Part shown: one piece after another, positions 15,001 through 20,681 of the stretch
How positions within the stretch are numbered: position 1 is the stretch's first letter
How the letters are laid out: each line of letters opens with the position of its first letter
Origin: Lentisphaeria bacterium
GTDB lineage: Bacteria; Verrucomicrobiota; Lentisphaeria; Victivallales; Victivallaceae
Direction: 5' to 3'
Length of the DNA stretch: 64,000 nt
Assembly: GCA_900768505.1 (NCBI GenBank)
Contig: CAAGED010000012.1
Coordinates: forward strand, 44,062-108,061
Notes under the pieces: generated by a model
The model's input: only the letters and a program-made list of their open reading frames with translations
What the model was told of the DNA's origin: nothing
Databases searched by the model: none
Made by a program: the position numbers and the translations under genes

Positions 15001-18000
15001 TTATACGCAATTGTGGAAGAAGAAATGCTGAAAGTTGCCTCACCAATTCCACTATAAATGTAAACTGCACTGCCATATTCTGCTTTATTGGATGCAATAG
15101 TAGTATTACGTATATCCAATATACCGGAATCAGAGGAGACATACACCGCACCGCCCTGAGACGCAGTATTGTAACCCATTGTCACACGGTCAAGCACCAT
15201 TGTACCGTTGCCGGTGAAATATACCGCACCGCCGTTTTGGGCGTAATTGTTATATAAAGAGGAATTTCCTATATACAAATTACCATTGTTTGATACACTA
15301 ATAGCTCCGCCGTCAACATTCTCGTTATGCAAAAACAAGCTCTCTTCAACTACTACATAACCGCCGATATTATCAATCGCCCGCTTGTTGTTGATGAAAG
15401 TAACATTATCCAGCAACAAATTGTTATTATTATTTACAATCACGCTTTCGTTACTGTTATTGGCAAACGTTACATTGCTTATTCTGACGAAAATGGAATT
15501 GGTTACATTATCCTTCAAATGAATGTAATTCAACTTCATGTCCAAATATGAACCATCGCCCTGACCGGCAATAATGATATCTTTACCGGCACCAATAATA
15601 ATATTGCCGCCAATATTGCCATCATTCAAACGGGTCTCCGCCAATTCAATAGTCTGGCCGCTTACCGCCGCGTTCACCGCCGCTGTAACTGTTGTATACC
15701 CAACACCGGTATCTGCATTGAAAGCAACGATTCCATTATACTCATACGCACCGAAATCCCGGTATCCACTGGCCATAAAACCGCGGGCATCCTGCCGCTT
15801 CAAACCGGTATCATTAAAATCCAGCCGATAGCTGATGTTATTTTGAACATTGTTAAAATATTTTTTATCAGAAGCCAATGCAAGAGAATCCCCGGAAATC
15901 GCCAAGGTCTCCACATAGCCGCCATTGTCAGAAAGAGTGTAATTTTCGCCAAATATACTCCCGTAACTAAACTCATAAATCGTGGAATTCCCCTGGAAGG
16001 CCCCCAACTTGTGGCCATCGTGGCTATACAGATACAAATTCTGGTTTTTTATGCTGTTCGTATCTGTAAAATCAATACTGCTATCTGCTTCATATTTTTG
16101 TACAATACTGTTGATGCAGATAAACTGGTCAGATCCTTCAACCGCATCAAGTGAATTATAAGAGAGATTCTTGTTGTTGACAATGGTCACATTTTCCGCG
16201 TAAATCGACCCCGGATTGCTGAAATTATTTATCGCCACACCGTAATTGTTGGCAATAGTTGTATTCAGCATGGTAAGTTTGCCGGAATTGGTTACTGCTC
16301 CGGAATGTGTACCGCTGATACTTATATTCTCCAGCACTGCGCTACCGGCGGCTATCGCCGTGTCACCGGCCTCCACATCACCGTTTCCGATGTAAAAAAT
16401 ACCGTTGTTGGAGTTAAAAATCGCAGTATCGCTTTTACCATCCGCCAAGCCGACGCTGCCTCCCTTGAACTTCACGTTCTTAAGATAAAGCGCACCAATC
16501 AACTTTCCATATTCATTGTCAACGGCAGTGTTGACCAAAGCAGCACTGTTTTTTCCGGCTATGTTATTGATAAAAGAGAGCCTTTCACCAACAAACGTGC
16601 CGACGTTGTAAACCGCCGCCCCCATGCCGTTAATTGAAAAATTGCTAAAATTGCTGTCGGTAAGCTTCACATAACCGCCGTTATTGTAAATGGCACCACC
16701 CATCTGCTGACCGGAACCAACATATCCATAATTTATTTCACCACCGTCAAAATCAATTTTAGATGCTACTAAAGCAGCGTTGCTGTTTATATTAATCATC
16801 GTTCCCTGGTACAGCTCAGTAACAACGCCTCTATCCCATTTAAAATTGATATTGTCATAAATCATATCCATATCAAATGAGATAATGCTGTTGACCATCA
16901 ATGATGACCGCAATGAAATTGTTTGGCCGTTCATCTCTTCGCCAAAAACAATTTTTCCTCCATTGTTTCTGGTGTTGGTTATATACTCCAATGCCGCCCG
17001 CAGAGAACCACGACCGGAATCATTATTATTTACCACAATGTAGTCGTCCGCTGAATAATCAACCACATTAAAGGTATAACTTTTTGAATCAAACTTGCCA
17101 TCGCTGCCGGAATTAATTATTCCATCAATATAAGTTGTACTTCGATCCGTTACTTCATACAGCACATGATTATCCAAACGAGTGTACAAATTATAGTTGC
17201 TTAGCGCAATATCACCAACCTTCAAACTGAAGGTAAAGGCCAACCCGATCGTCCCGGTCGACATCACTTTGTCCGGATCAGCCGGATCAATTATCTCGGT
17301 AGGCTCCTGTGATACATTAATGACAAGGCTCTTTCGTACCCCTGTCAATTCGCCATTAAGACTGTTATCGCCTACATACAAAGCGTAAATATTTCTGTCA
17401 GTTGCGGTGCGGTCATAATTTCCCAAATATACCAGACTATCAGTCCTGTAATTCAATTCCACACTGTTGTTGATCGCACTGATATATCCCCGGCTATTGT
17501 TGTTGCCAATGTACTGCATTACCGAATTCAAAACCAGTTTATTGCCGGAATGAAAATTATTATCCATCACAAATGCAACTTCGGAGGAAAAACGGGCATC
17601 AATAGTAAAATCACCTTTTACGGTATAAACAGTTCCGTTTGTATCAGTTATCACTGTGCGGCGCAACACAAGATTATTGTAAACATTTTCATAACTACTA
17701 ATGCCTATTTCTCCATATACTTTCAGTAAATTAGTATTGGTATAAGCAGAATTTTTCACCAGATTTTCAGAATAAATTATTGTTGAGTGGTTGTCACCAA
17801 ATTCATAGGAAACGCCGTTAAGTTCAATACTCCCAGAGGATGATGTCAAAATATACCCGGCGACCGGGGTGTTTGGATTGGCAAAACTCACCGCTGTAAC
17901 ATCGACATTATATACCAAAGATGAGTTTTCCAACAATGACAATTTACTGCCCCGGGTGATATTAACCTGAACCCCGCTGTATTCTTCATTAGTACCATAC

Positions 18001-20429
18001 TTGCCGATTAAATTATCTCCCCAGGTCAACGCGGCATTTCCGGCCATATACAAAGATGAATAATTGTCCAAACTCATAACGTTGCCGTTATTAAAGGTAT
18101 CAGACTTAAGATAATTCAGGGTAATATCCTGATAACTTACCATGTTTGAAATATTTAGGGAAAGTAAACCGAATTCGTTGGCGGTGGAATTTTCTCCATT
18201 CAAAATCAACGTGGCATACCTGCCTGAAAGTGTTCCTAAAACAACATTATCGTCAACAACAGCCCCTCCGAAAGATGAAAAACCGGTAACAGTCAACACT
18301 GTATTATATAGGTTAAAACCTCCACCGATCTGATGTCTGGCCGCATAAGCAGCAAGGTTGGAACCATTTAGATTGATTGTCGAATTATAGGCATTAAATG
18401 AGCCAACATGCTCATTGCCCTCACGCAAAATCTGCATGTAGGCGCTGTTTGTCATCGTGAACGTTGTCCCGTAATTGATAGATAACGACGCATCAATACC
18501 AATCACCAGGGAAGCTGGATTAGCAGTAGCTGAATCAGCGGACTGCCGTTTTGCATCGAAAGAAATATTACCTAAATGTTCCGACAAACCAACCGCCAGA
18601 TTCCCCTCAATCGACAAAGCTCCGGTACCGCTGAAATCCGCCTTGACGAACGTGCCGGTTCCGTCGCCCGTGACCACAAAGGTTCCACTTACGACAGTGA
18701 TATTAGCCATAACAAAGTCGGCGCCATCCGCAACGTCCATTGTGTAATTACCGCCGCCCATGAAGGTGATGTGTACTGCAGTATTGGCAAAATCTGACAG
18801 CGTAAATTTTCTTCCTTTGTCTTCTGGATCATTTACTTTATAAAAATCCAATTCCAGCAGATTTCCGCTTCCGGTGGTGTAGAAATCACCACCGGTAACC
18901 GATACGGTCATTGTAAAATCTGTACTCGGATTAAGGATAATATCGTCATAAAGCGCACCAAAGCTGCCCGGATTATTCTCCGGGTGATAAATATAAGAAT
19001 AATCTATCTGATCGACCCACGGAATCTGATTTTTATTAGCGGCATCCTTGCCGCCAACAACATCCATGGCCGCTGCTACATCACAATGGGTCAACCGGGC
19101 AATCTGATTAACCAAAGATTGATTATCAGGTGTGGAGGCAAATTTGGTACCGTAAAACATAATGTCGGCACCATCGGCCAGGCCATTACTCCACCGCTCC
19201 AAGTTTTCCCTCGTGGAGTTTCTACTTAGGTAAGCGGAATCAATCGTATCCATTCCGATACGGATTTTCCCGTCCGTGCCCTTTGCTACAATATGCAACG
19301 CATCGTAATACTTTCCCGGAGTATCGGGAAAACCATCACCATCCGTGTCAATCGTTGGGGAATTTAAAAAATTGGTTATTGAACTTACTCCACCACTGGG
19401 CAGAACTTGAATTACTCTGAAACCATTCGGAGCCTGATACTTCGGCTCGTCTTCACTTCCGGTGTTTTCCCAGCCCAAACTCTTGCAAATGGCATTCCAC
19501 TCGCTATCAGTTATCGATGCATCGCGAACCACCAACTGTTTAAGTTCGCGAATTGTGTCATTATATTCCAGGAGCGATGAATCAAAATAATCCTGCACGT
19601 CAGTAGTAAGATTTTCGTCCTCAGTGAAATTTGGATCTAAAAGTACATTACCGGCGGCGTCCACTCCATATTCCAGTGTCCAATTGGCCGGGTCATCATC
19701 ATACGCATGAGTTGCATCTGCGTCACCGGTGGAATCAGTGGAGGCAAAAACATTACTATCCGTCGCTTTGGCGATGGCTTTTATAGTTTCGATTGATTTA
19801 TCTGTCGCTGCAGCATCTGATGCAAAAATATCAATCTGCCCGTCAGCAGCCATGCTGTTTTTTATGGCATCCCAAATATTCTGATCGCCTATCGTCGAAC
19901 TGTTAGTTGGAGTTTCTTCCCATTTTTCCTGAGCCGCGGTGCCTGCATTCTTGGAAACAACGATCAACGACCCGTCACTATCATGATTGCAGATAATACC
20001 AAGACGATCAATCTCAGTTACATTCTTATCGCTTAACAAATCGGTCAGCTGCTTCACCAAGCCGGCACTGTCAGTCTTTGATGAATCGTATTCAATTACC
20101 CAAGTACCAGCTTTTTCCGCCGAATCAACCAGAAAATCATATCGCGCCACATTTTTATCTATAAACAACACATTAACCCCGCCCGCAAGCGGCGCTCTTA
20201 ATGGGCCGGCCGCGGCCAAGGTTTGAAGTAATTCGCTTTGTTCATCCCGGCCGTCTGCTGCCTCAGCGTTGGCATCAGCGGCCCGGTTTTCTTTTTGCGC
20301 ATCTTGCGCCTCATTATCTGCCTGTTGACGAGCCGCCTCTTCCGCTTCCCTGGCCTGCTGCTCGGCATTTGCGACGTCTGCTACCGCAGCACCATCGAAC
20401 AATATTCGATCTTCCAATTGATACAACAT
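1..20429 (-). CDS. Giant secreted adhesin-like protein, 3' partial (at least 6,800 codons in the window). It has an N-terminal DUF4347-like domain followed by a long array of GGAIY / parallel beta-helix (Pmp-like) repeats. It is not in the ORF track because its stop codon lies beyond position 1.
   Basis: I reverse-complemented 20429 downward by hand and got an open frame of more than 600 codons. It starts at ATG (plus-strand cat at 20427-20429) preceded by the SD AGGTGA. The N-terminus is MLYQLEDRILFDGAAVADVANAEQQAREAEEAARQQADNE. It is followed by VNVLFIDKNVARYDFLVDSAEKAGTWVIEYDSSKTDSAGLVKQLTDLLSDKNVTEIDRLGIICNHDSDGSLIVVSKNAG, which resembles DUF4347. Spot checks at about 16000, 13500, 6600 and 1-120 stay in the same minus frame (codons on plus positions 3k..3k+2) and give repeats such as GMGGAIASSGGAEISNSTLAYNIAGAGGALALSYNV and GGAMYANTNKLEINQSAFVNNSAGTNGGALY. 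All ORFs listed on the minus strand in this region are in one other frame, and none is in this frame, as expected if this frame is occupied by an unreported ORF. Plus-strand ORFs here have the skewed I/Q/N-rich composition typical of antisense artefacts. Caveat: the printed text shows an apparent -1/+1 pair near 13.32-13.50 kb. Confidence 0.75.
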   Translation of the reverse strand, partial: MLYQLEDRILFDGAAVADVANAEQQAREAEEAARQQADNEAQDAQKENRAADANAEAADGRDEQSELLQTLAAAGPLRAPLAGGVNVLFIDKNVARYDFLVDSAEKAGTWVIEYDSSKTDSAGLVKQLTDLLSDKNVTEIDRLGIICNHDSDGSLIVVSKNAGTAAQEKWEETPTNSSTIGDQNIWDAIKNSMAADGQIDIFASDAAATDKSIETIKAIAKATDSNVFASTDSTGDADATHAYDDDPANWTLEYGVDAAGNVLLDPNFTEDENLTTDVQDYFDSSLLEYNDTIRELKQLVVRDASITDSEWNAICKSLGWENTGSEDEPKYQAPNGFRVIQVLPSGGVSSITNFLNSPTIDTDGDGFPDTPGKYYDALHIVAKGTDGKIRIGMDTIDSAYLSRNSTRENLERWSNGLADGADIMFYGTKFASTPDNQSLVNQIARLTHCDVAAAMDVVGGKDAANKNQIPWVDQIDYSYIYHPENNPGSFGALYDDIILNPSTDFTMTVSVTGGDFYTTGSGNLLELDFYKVNDPEDKGRKFTLSDFANTAVHITFMGGGNYTMDVADGADFVMANITVVSGTFVVTGDGTGTFVKADFSGTGALSIEGNLAVGLSEHLGNISFDAKRQSADSATANPASLVIGIDASLSINYGTTFTMTNSAYMQILREGNEHVGSFNAYNSTINLNGSNLAAYAARHQIGGGFNLYNTVLTVTGFSSFGGAVVDDNVVLGTLSGRYATLILNGENSTANEFGLLSLNISNMVSYQDITLNYLKSDTFNNGNVMSLDNYSSLYMAGNAALTWGDNLIGKYGTNEEYSGVQVNITRGSKLSLLENSSLVYNVDVTAVSFANPNTPVAGYILTSSSGSIELNGVSYEFGDNHSTIIYSENLVKNSAYTNTNLLKVYGEIGISSYENVYNNLVLRRTVITDTNGTVYTVKGDFTIDARFSSEVAFVMDNNFHSGNKLVLNSVMQYIGNNNSRGYISAINNSVELNYRTDSLVYLGNYDRTATDRNIYALYVGDNSLNGELTGVRKSLVINVSQEPTEIIDPADPDKVMSTGTIGLAFTFSLKVGDIALSNYNLYTRLDNHVLYEVTDRSTTYIDGIINSGSDGKFDSKSYTFNVVDYSADDYIVVNNNDSGRGSLRAALEYITNTRNNGGKIVFGEEMNGQTISLRSSLMVNSIISFDMDMIYDNINFKWDRGVVTELYQGTMININSNAALVASKIDFDGGEINYGYVGSGQQMGGAIYNNGGYVKLTDSNFSNFSINGMGAAVYNVGTFVGERLSFINNIAGKNSAALVNTAVDNEYGKLIGALYLKNVKFKGGSVGLADGKSDTAIFNSNNGIFYIGNGDVEAGDTAIAAGSAVLENISISGTHSGAVTNSGKLTMLNTTIANNYGVAINNFSNPGSIYAENVTIVNNKNLSYNSLDAVEGSDQFICINSIVQKYEADSSIDFTDTNSIKNQNLYLYSHDGHKLGAFQGNSTIYEFSYGSIFGENYTLSDNGGYVETLAISGDSLALASDKKYFNNVQNNISYRLDFNDTGLKRQDARGFMASGYRDFGAYEYNGIVAFNADTGVGYTTVTAAVNAAVSGQTIELAETRLNDGNIGGNIIIGAGKDIIIAGQGDGSYLDMKLNYIHLKDNVTNSIFVRISNVTFANNSNESVIVNNNNNLLLDNVTFINNKRAIDNIGGYVVVEESLFLHNENVDGGAISVSNNGNLYIGNSSLYNNYAQNGGAVYFTGNGTMVLDRVTMGYNTASQGGAVYVSSDSGILDIRNTTIASNKAEYGSAVYIYSGIGEATFSISSSTIAYNVSTVGKGAVYNNNVTAYLLNTLITENYLLKNGNLIDHDDVSGQAPQSAKYNISGDFITFNSIFETTYLYDEETDKYIFNGNFEDSRLKDNGGYQYTLMLSANSLAVDGGIVTGNDGFDQRGYQFVAVNNENLASYDRIGAGTARDIGAVERGGYIGYYTVNGGTGKNYFSSFEILEPEWNPETGVKPENTNGFAYTDGKEYVRDGIKSVNIYLNSTRILTERTYDIQTSYLKGINNNSDWEHQDITISFFGARDGGTVISGGLDHAIFTYSGSVKYEGTLTVDNDSAALSEDGIPALNYIGSLSIKGGNISFDRMTLRDSLGSAISADRSTIYQYILSSSLQHGYFENVKYAYSDGVANAQLSLNEVTVTNSMALGGTAKLNVYSISEKIVGADYHLEIGYNQLTDEDGGNVHYGADVRSVVSTTEKGETLYNFKVAFFDTTMSHVGGVMEVNDDGGAVSDYVFARYDYGSGMGIETIPEKDLGSYSIVVNNSSFYGNYAKGMGGAIASSGGAEISNSTLAYNIAGAGGALALSYNVTGSTIAYNVALGHYQEFYTLKDNLVVKVFGGVIEGGAGLGVERKYDSDGERIYKSSIVGKNYSSGSVNWNDQVIGNTKLNLDDYNVYETTNSFNGSISETTRVTKYNYFTMPTLGESFATAKPLVFFNGVLADFGGWTKTLSIRGAAWFDSAAFDGVYDQTTGTDQRGYGVANGYRDIGAFEAGGNYAYANGKGYSSIAALLARPEAATDGVFEITLANTRITDRNIRLDGKINITGGVDTSGNVLTYFDANRLGRVFNITSESAVVSLTNLILMNGVAMKTSVLGSDGGGLIASSGNLTLTNITGQNSFAQNAGGAVYSTMNLSVNGSSFVNNRANVGGGIYASGTSVSAKDVTFFANYAHDGGGMYVQNLNLTGGGLVFEKNYATNDAAGLYILGDDTTNIDIAASFTDNYVLGSGAALNMIGGAKFAGNLHVADNIAIHDGGGIYMLNTAVIDLKGNFDDNRSVLGMGGGAYIGNVVTSANIMSTFLENQSFGNGGGLYIYGNTVDDVNMADLTLNLVDFIKNATLGSGGGAYIFNFRNVVFSSVNFGSSGTIASMNGNSAFGDGGGLYIKEVDNFTGKKLGFGDNRAGQSLGIDIKASNDGLATGGAAYFLNVGTISMTNMRVSDNRLGGDVRLDEYIHGGITVLADKSARRTTTKIEIFNTDFLYNSGASLYVDALKAEIRLDSSSFDNEHSALSSTAFLSYGAYVKNAASMYVVNSTFSHNYVNLMVKNLTDTVNGLTINFSTIAYAYTRTNNPETIYGGVGLQLDNGTLNISNSIVAYNMIVLNNGVNGVTVRSSHHNVFENLLSSSSQAINGFQGTQKQLNNLIWGSDVAGNYIEIQSYYNGNEFTNKGKVLTSNGNLVGYDETARGFIRTNLYLDSRSLYHGAQNTQSLALTSKDSIAYHYKLNGVEVRPGEMDDSTFYDQNGNIRTGIEMYFQRYERNEITGMVDLVTYTYSADIKDRDMSGNITKGELVEVSRDVNVKGAEVTAEGKYIVVYKYTEQQSIIYVDGVASNANDIFYRYEMNELTGNNDRVGKYQYNDKTRNWEYFKIDADGNEMSQGEVLKDGMSYEVQTQDGRVVNIDYVAKCWMEVIAREDGTITRNIINQDLFFTEDGKVFQGNKIDVAVDEFGNVTDFYQWNQVHGKWQHTTMDAEGNFSTTWINGQVSVTDLNGIEYHYELNQSVRDVDGNYYNFDQVSADGSEIKFTNSASGVTQTFTFDGTKWVDGNNNVLILDGGDISAYNGRAQVLRGLVMTDGSMRYEIVTRDVIQNAQGDNVQPDENGRIVVSPGMSLEYNFSERLWYSVDSDGIRTKLQDGDKFTKADGEVYIFKSNGCIDERVENVKELSGEFSGRVSIGAVEPNYYLTVTSNHNGFSDKILQNVTSDDSALTFADRMFTDGVSLQEAIYWLDNYTMSGIDYGILLETGKRLESNFDVDRYVKFSDTMIDSGKTTITNDLDKNSYFIRKDIVIGGGNVGNLTEAERYDDKNHFFEFDNTYLAQDSANRIVLDGNGAQSGLLIVSGIDRVNADVVASINNITITNGRATSSTSNNGGGLYISSGNVRDLDNNLNIDCPAAVTVSLNNNLIKDSVASDDRTTGSAWGGGIYNGGGTLYMYDSTVKNNQVVLEANYDRARGLGGGIYNSADGKMEIYRSTIDGNLVDASKVSSIISGLGGGIYNRGSLTMVASTITNNRQIHFQENHAGYQYSLYNGSAIVSEGVLSNTILDGVTVAYNEVGRNLEYPNEFSYAAWFVSGSLSISNSIFAENYVENDPANVRRDIYVEDAVLRQSNNLIGKNNIFGNYRSDAIDTRYQNMIFGAQGTGIVENLLMSTYLKYNGGKTQSYRLGSGSVAIGNGDYTGKPTFDQRGIYVDGVNQLRNTIGAYEMLTYIATTGEQADVALSGSGSVASRDIGFDFANRQSGWNANLRNALYLADEGATVDMTISREHADADGNVNFELVDGALRIFNSLNFNLTAEDGLVLNIDAKGLSRAFIMDSNEFEVASNRDLKVNLLVLDSNGDGKADGMIRLQNTMTDGSANFEGAGGAIYIKGDLTINNLEIINSKAFGAGGAIYLAGQSSKFVVDNLLITNTSAGRNGGALYVGNKLILTNAKFDNVSSEGNGGAIYVNNANEFKLQNVDIDTAFARGGQGGAVFVRGDVADFVFENVNVSNSGTEQTSQDTNMGGGAIYVSAKSSNNVTITNSTFTNNVAVSGGSLMLIGGNVALDKVVVSDSNASKGGGAMYANTNKLEINQSAFVNNSAGTNGGALYLNAVTDMENVTISNNVAVSSGGGIYYAKAGGRLVLSFATIANNVGRFGGGLFMNSGNLLMSNSVLVQNYRKAMANDATWEDKYFASNDLYLGATATFDYSSDYNALGIIEMADGTFAPFGAHNRFLVVINPTDSEFTLDQLKLDFEAKDNGGKTLTVFVDENSILIGAADENSGVLVDQRGRNRVKPITIGAYQRNDVVYYLETGDNVDVTVGGNWYRIENGQKVYDLTSDKFVDDTLDNRYVIQNGAHGVNISSAWETSQNHRVVLNAGGSLTVNDMPADNDVSAFIALNAGAVLTVNGMLNTYGNSISNYGSLTINGGLSNTLSIKQMTGATLTISTSDDKLVNREGEYKGNVISLTVSKGENLVEYIYNGDQTVYDVAYYNLTIGGMSGIKQGSATKNLTVSNELKLIDGGQLLTAKDVQVNGKLSMSGDSVLELGGNLVLPKVTVISDPNYNVNYGYELGDNSTIVYNSAEDRVILNIDYNNLEISGKGVKSLEVIKNYRGEVTDQDLLVNGNMKVVGAEATDEFSFALPGELQVGGDLILQHNGRVDVSGKLGVNGDVTFGKNSEMILSVGGDFLMGGTFDAGLGTIRYVGADQQIIAGNYYNVEFINGSGLSGMVTKQSDSDISAQKISVYENVYLKVKSAAVNDSFLVLNHDGVTPGNSVVEITGINDTLVGKNGSVDGYAFKVNGFFQSGAGKFIYSGDAAAETQQIANLKYYDLTLLGGSTKLFDQAIVANEMIIGDGDISRLMYTHVIFSDGIRTYDSANPAGSQINMLTVKAGGSARLNGVMGADDLRATDLTATNFILERGSEIIYGRIGDQIMAPEFTYSILTIDGSGVKSFVNAALTANRVNIVSDATLDVDGALTVTPYLVNDAQIIDGGLVFVDADGNATAGTLMISGTLNAAYFTAGNGTVIYYGSADQLVTDFGETQAYNNLVLRGGNKSSALFDAAGKSTLGNLYVANDLYLENGVVATTGTVQADNVYFRNLADSSDSNAILQVAGDFIIANEFVAGVGIVHFNGGNQVINGLNYYIVAFSNSGSNMAEKTVSNRINASVGIYIGNNLNVNVADGVTGGEIAFGEYNTTTKSYADSNGVLTLNGSGWVMVGSSFVSGSGTVVYNGASDQYITDWGKDSSYNNITVSGNGGVNNVHLLNDVSSLAVIRAKNTVLIKNNERVNADSVIADSLMFSETVEQPVLDENGEFTYDGKGNIVTQNVMMDYNGYLMVDGLYAERVGAEYKEISAPLHINKFDAGHGTVEFGMTAGYPITSTQYFNALNYYNLVLSGGTMKLAQGDFGIEGAFTATSVEFSIACNKPIVETAYYDRNKVTVTYNGMNQQINTQVEYYALTLASADGVTAVSKSADGQVYAFTDLTFAEKQNVTLILNGSDMKPLSFGNLIHNNVGNIVYAGTNQQIQIFGNHNVPGYDADGKLENRVNYHQLTVDANSMAYADATLQAATLNVLNDGRLELRNDANLLVEKLNSYSVDAEGNLTGEFGTVAYVGNKQIVSNIDTTKDGNALKYGHLEIGGNGDKVAENGLVVKGDLFFSADNELEIKSTIELGALRYNAMGTMHYSATGADVQRVLGGSNIAYNNLKISNGDKRLGDSVAVNGMFEFTQSAGKMIVLDNYELMLNGAITGMNGSVGHYFMVATESANWSEAAEGSENIGWINLSHKANGTSHSVILGTGDNYWSEIVMSNLTTEAQNFIINITFDPSLMGSSVGAWHVLTVKGPNGGDAATYGVELRYTNAADDKFDPQMAEVYDRVSGDNYGHQYKAELNGNGQYSFAATGKLMDGFVVTNTKDFGWGSLRRALDLANAIAGADVITFDPAVFGYGNNYVINVSGALVITESVTFKGIGAEYLTLDGGGSDRIFVISTEFHSDLTVIVEGMTLANGKSDNGGAIYTQGGMLILRETAIRDSHADNGGAVYVDQGAALMVEKSIFSGNEATFGGALYNVGNSSSITAVDTSFIGNKAVEEGSAIYNGKLISEVASTDEAGKATLKLQNYNAYLVLKNVTISGHDSGIAGDKVATISNWGTMDAYNLTIANNGDAAINNWAYDSVSENILDAEGNKIPFHFEAEMNLEHVTIAYNKALGIDYGHSNIINSIVQDADNSNFVNLVTGGSFDNSVSAESVFAQNMVSDNGGWVYTLQLQSASAAVNAIQSASLTNYDARGFLVYGLRDL
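6300..7300 (-). repeat. Example block of tandem ~84-90 nt (28-30 aa) coding repeats with a GGAI(Y) motif, of beta-helix / polymorphic-outer-membrane-protein repeat type. Similar periodicity runs through most of 1-19500.
   Basis: On the plus strand the motif gcaccgcc(g/a) recurs about every 87 nt (about 6420, 6490, 6570, 6650, 6720, 6810, 6910, 7000, 7080, 7160, 7240). This is the reverse complement of GGTGC, encoding the GGA of GGAIY. The same periodicity appears at 11.5-12.5 kb. Confidence 0.6.
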
Positions 20430-20681
20430 TTCTCACCTTCGCTTTTTTTACCGCCACTATATCCACAAAATCAACCCCGGCGGTTCTGTCGTTTAAAAAA
20501 ACACGGCGCTCTCATTTTAGAGCTTTTACTATCTGTAAAAGTCCACCTTCCGTGAACTGTTCTGAATTTTTATGAATCATCCTGCATCTCGTTTAACCGC
20601 TATTTTTCAAGCCAAGTAAAGCTGCCGGATAATTCACACATAATTTCCATTTTACCGACTACACACAGTCGATAGCAATTT

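Noticed and set aside
1-20400. Lack of any long ORF in the track over 20 kb suggested an alternative genetic code (e.g. UGA recoding) or a non-coding region.
   Set aside because: All other genes translate cleanly with code 11. Manual reverse-complement translation shows one continuous standard-code minus-strand ORF whose stop is simply outside the window.
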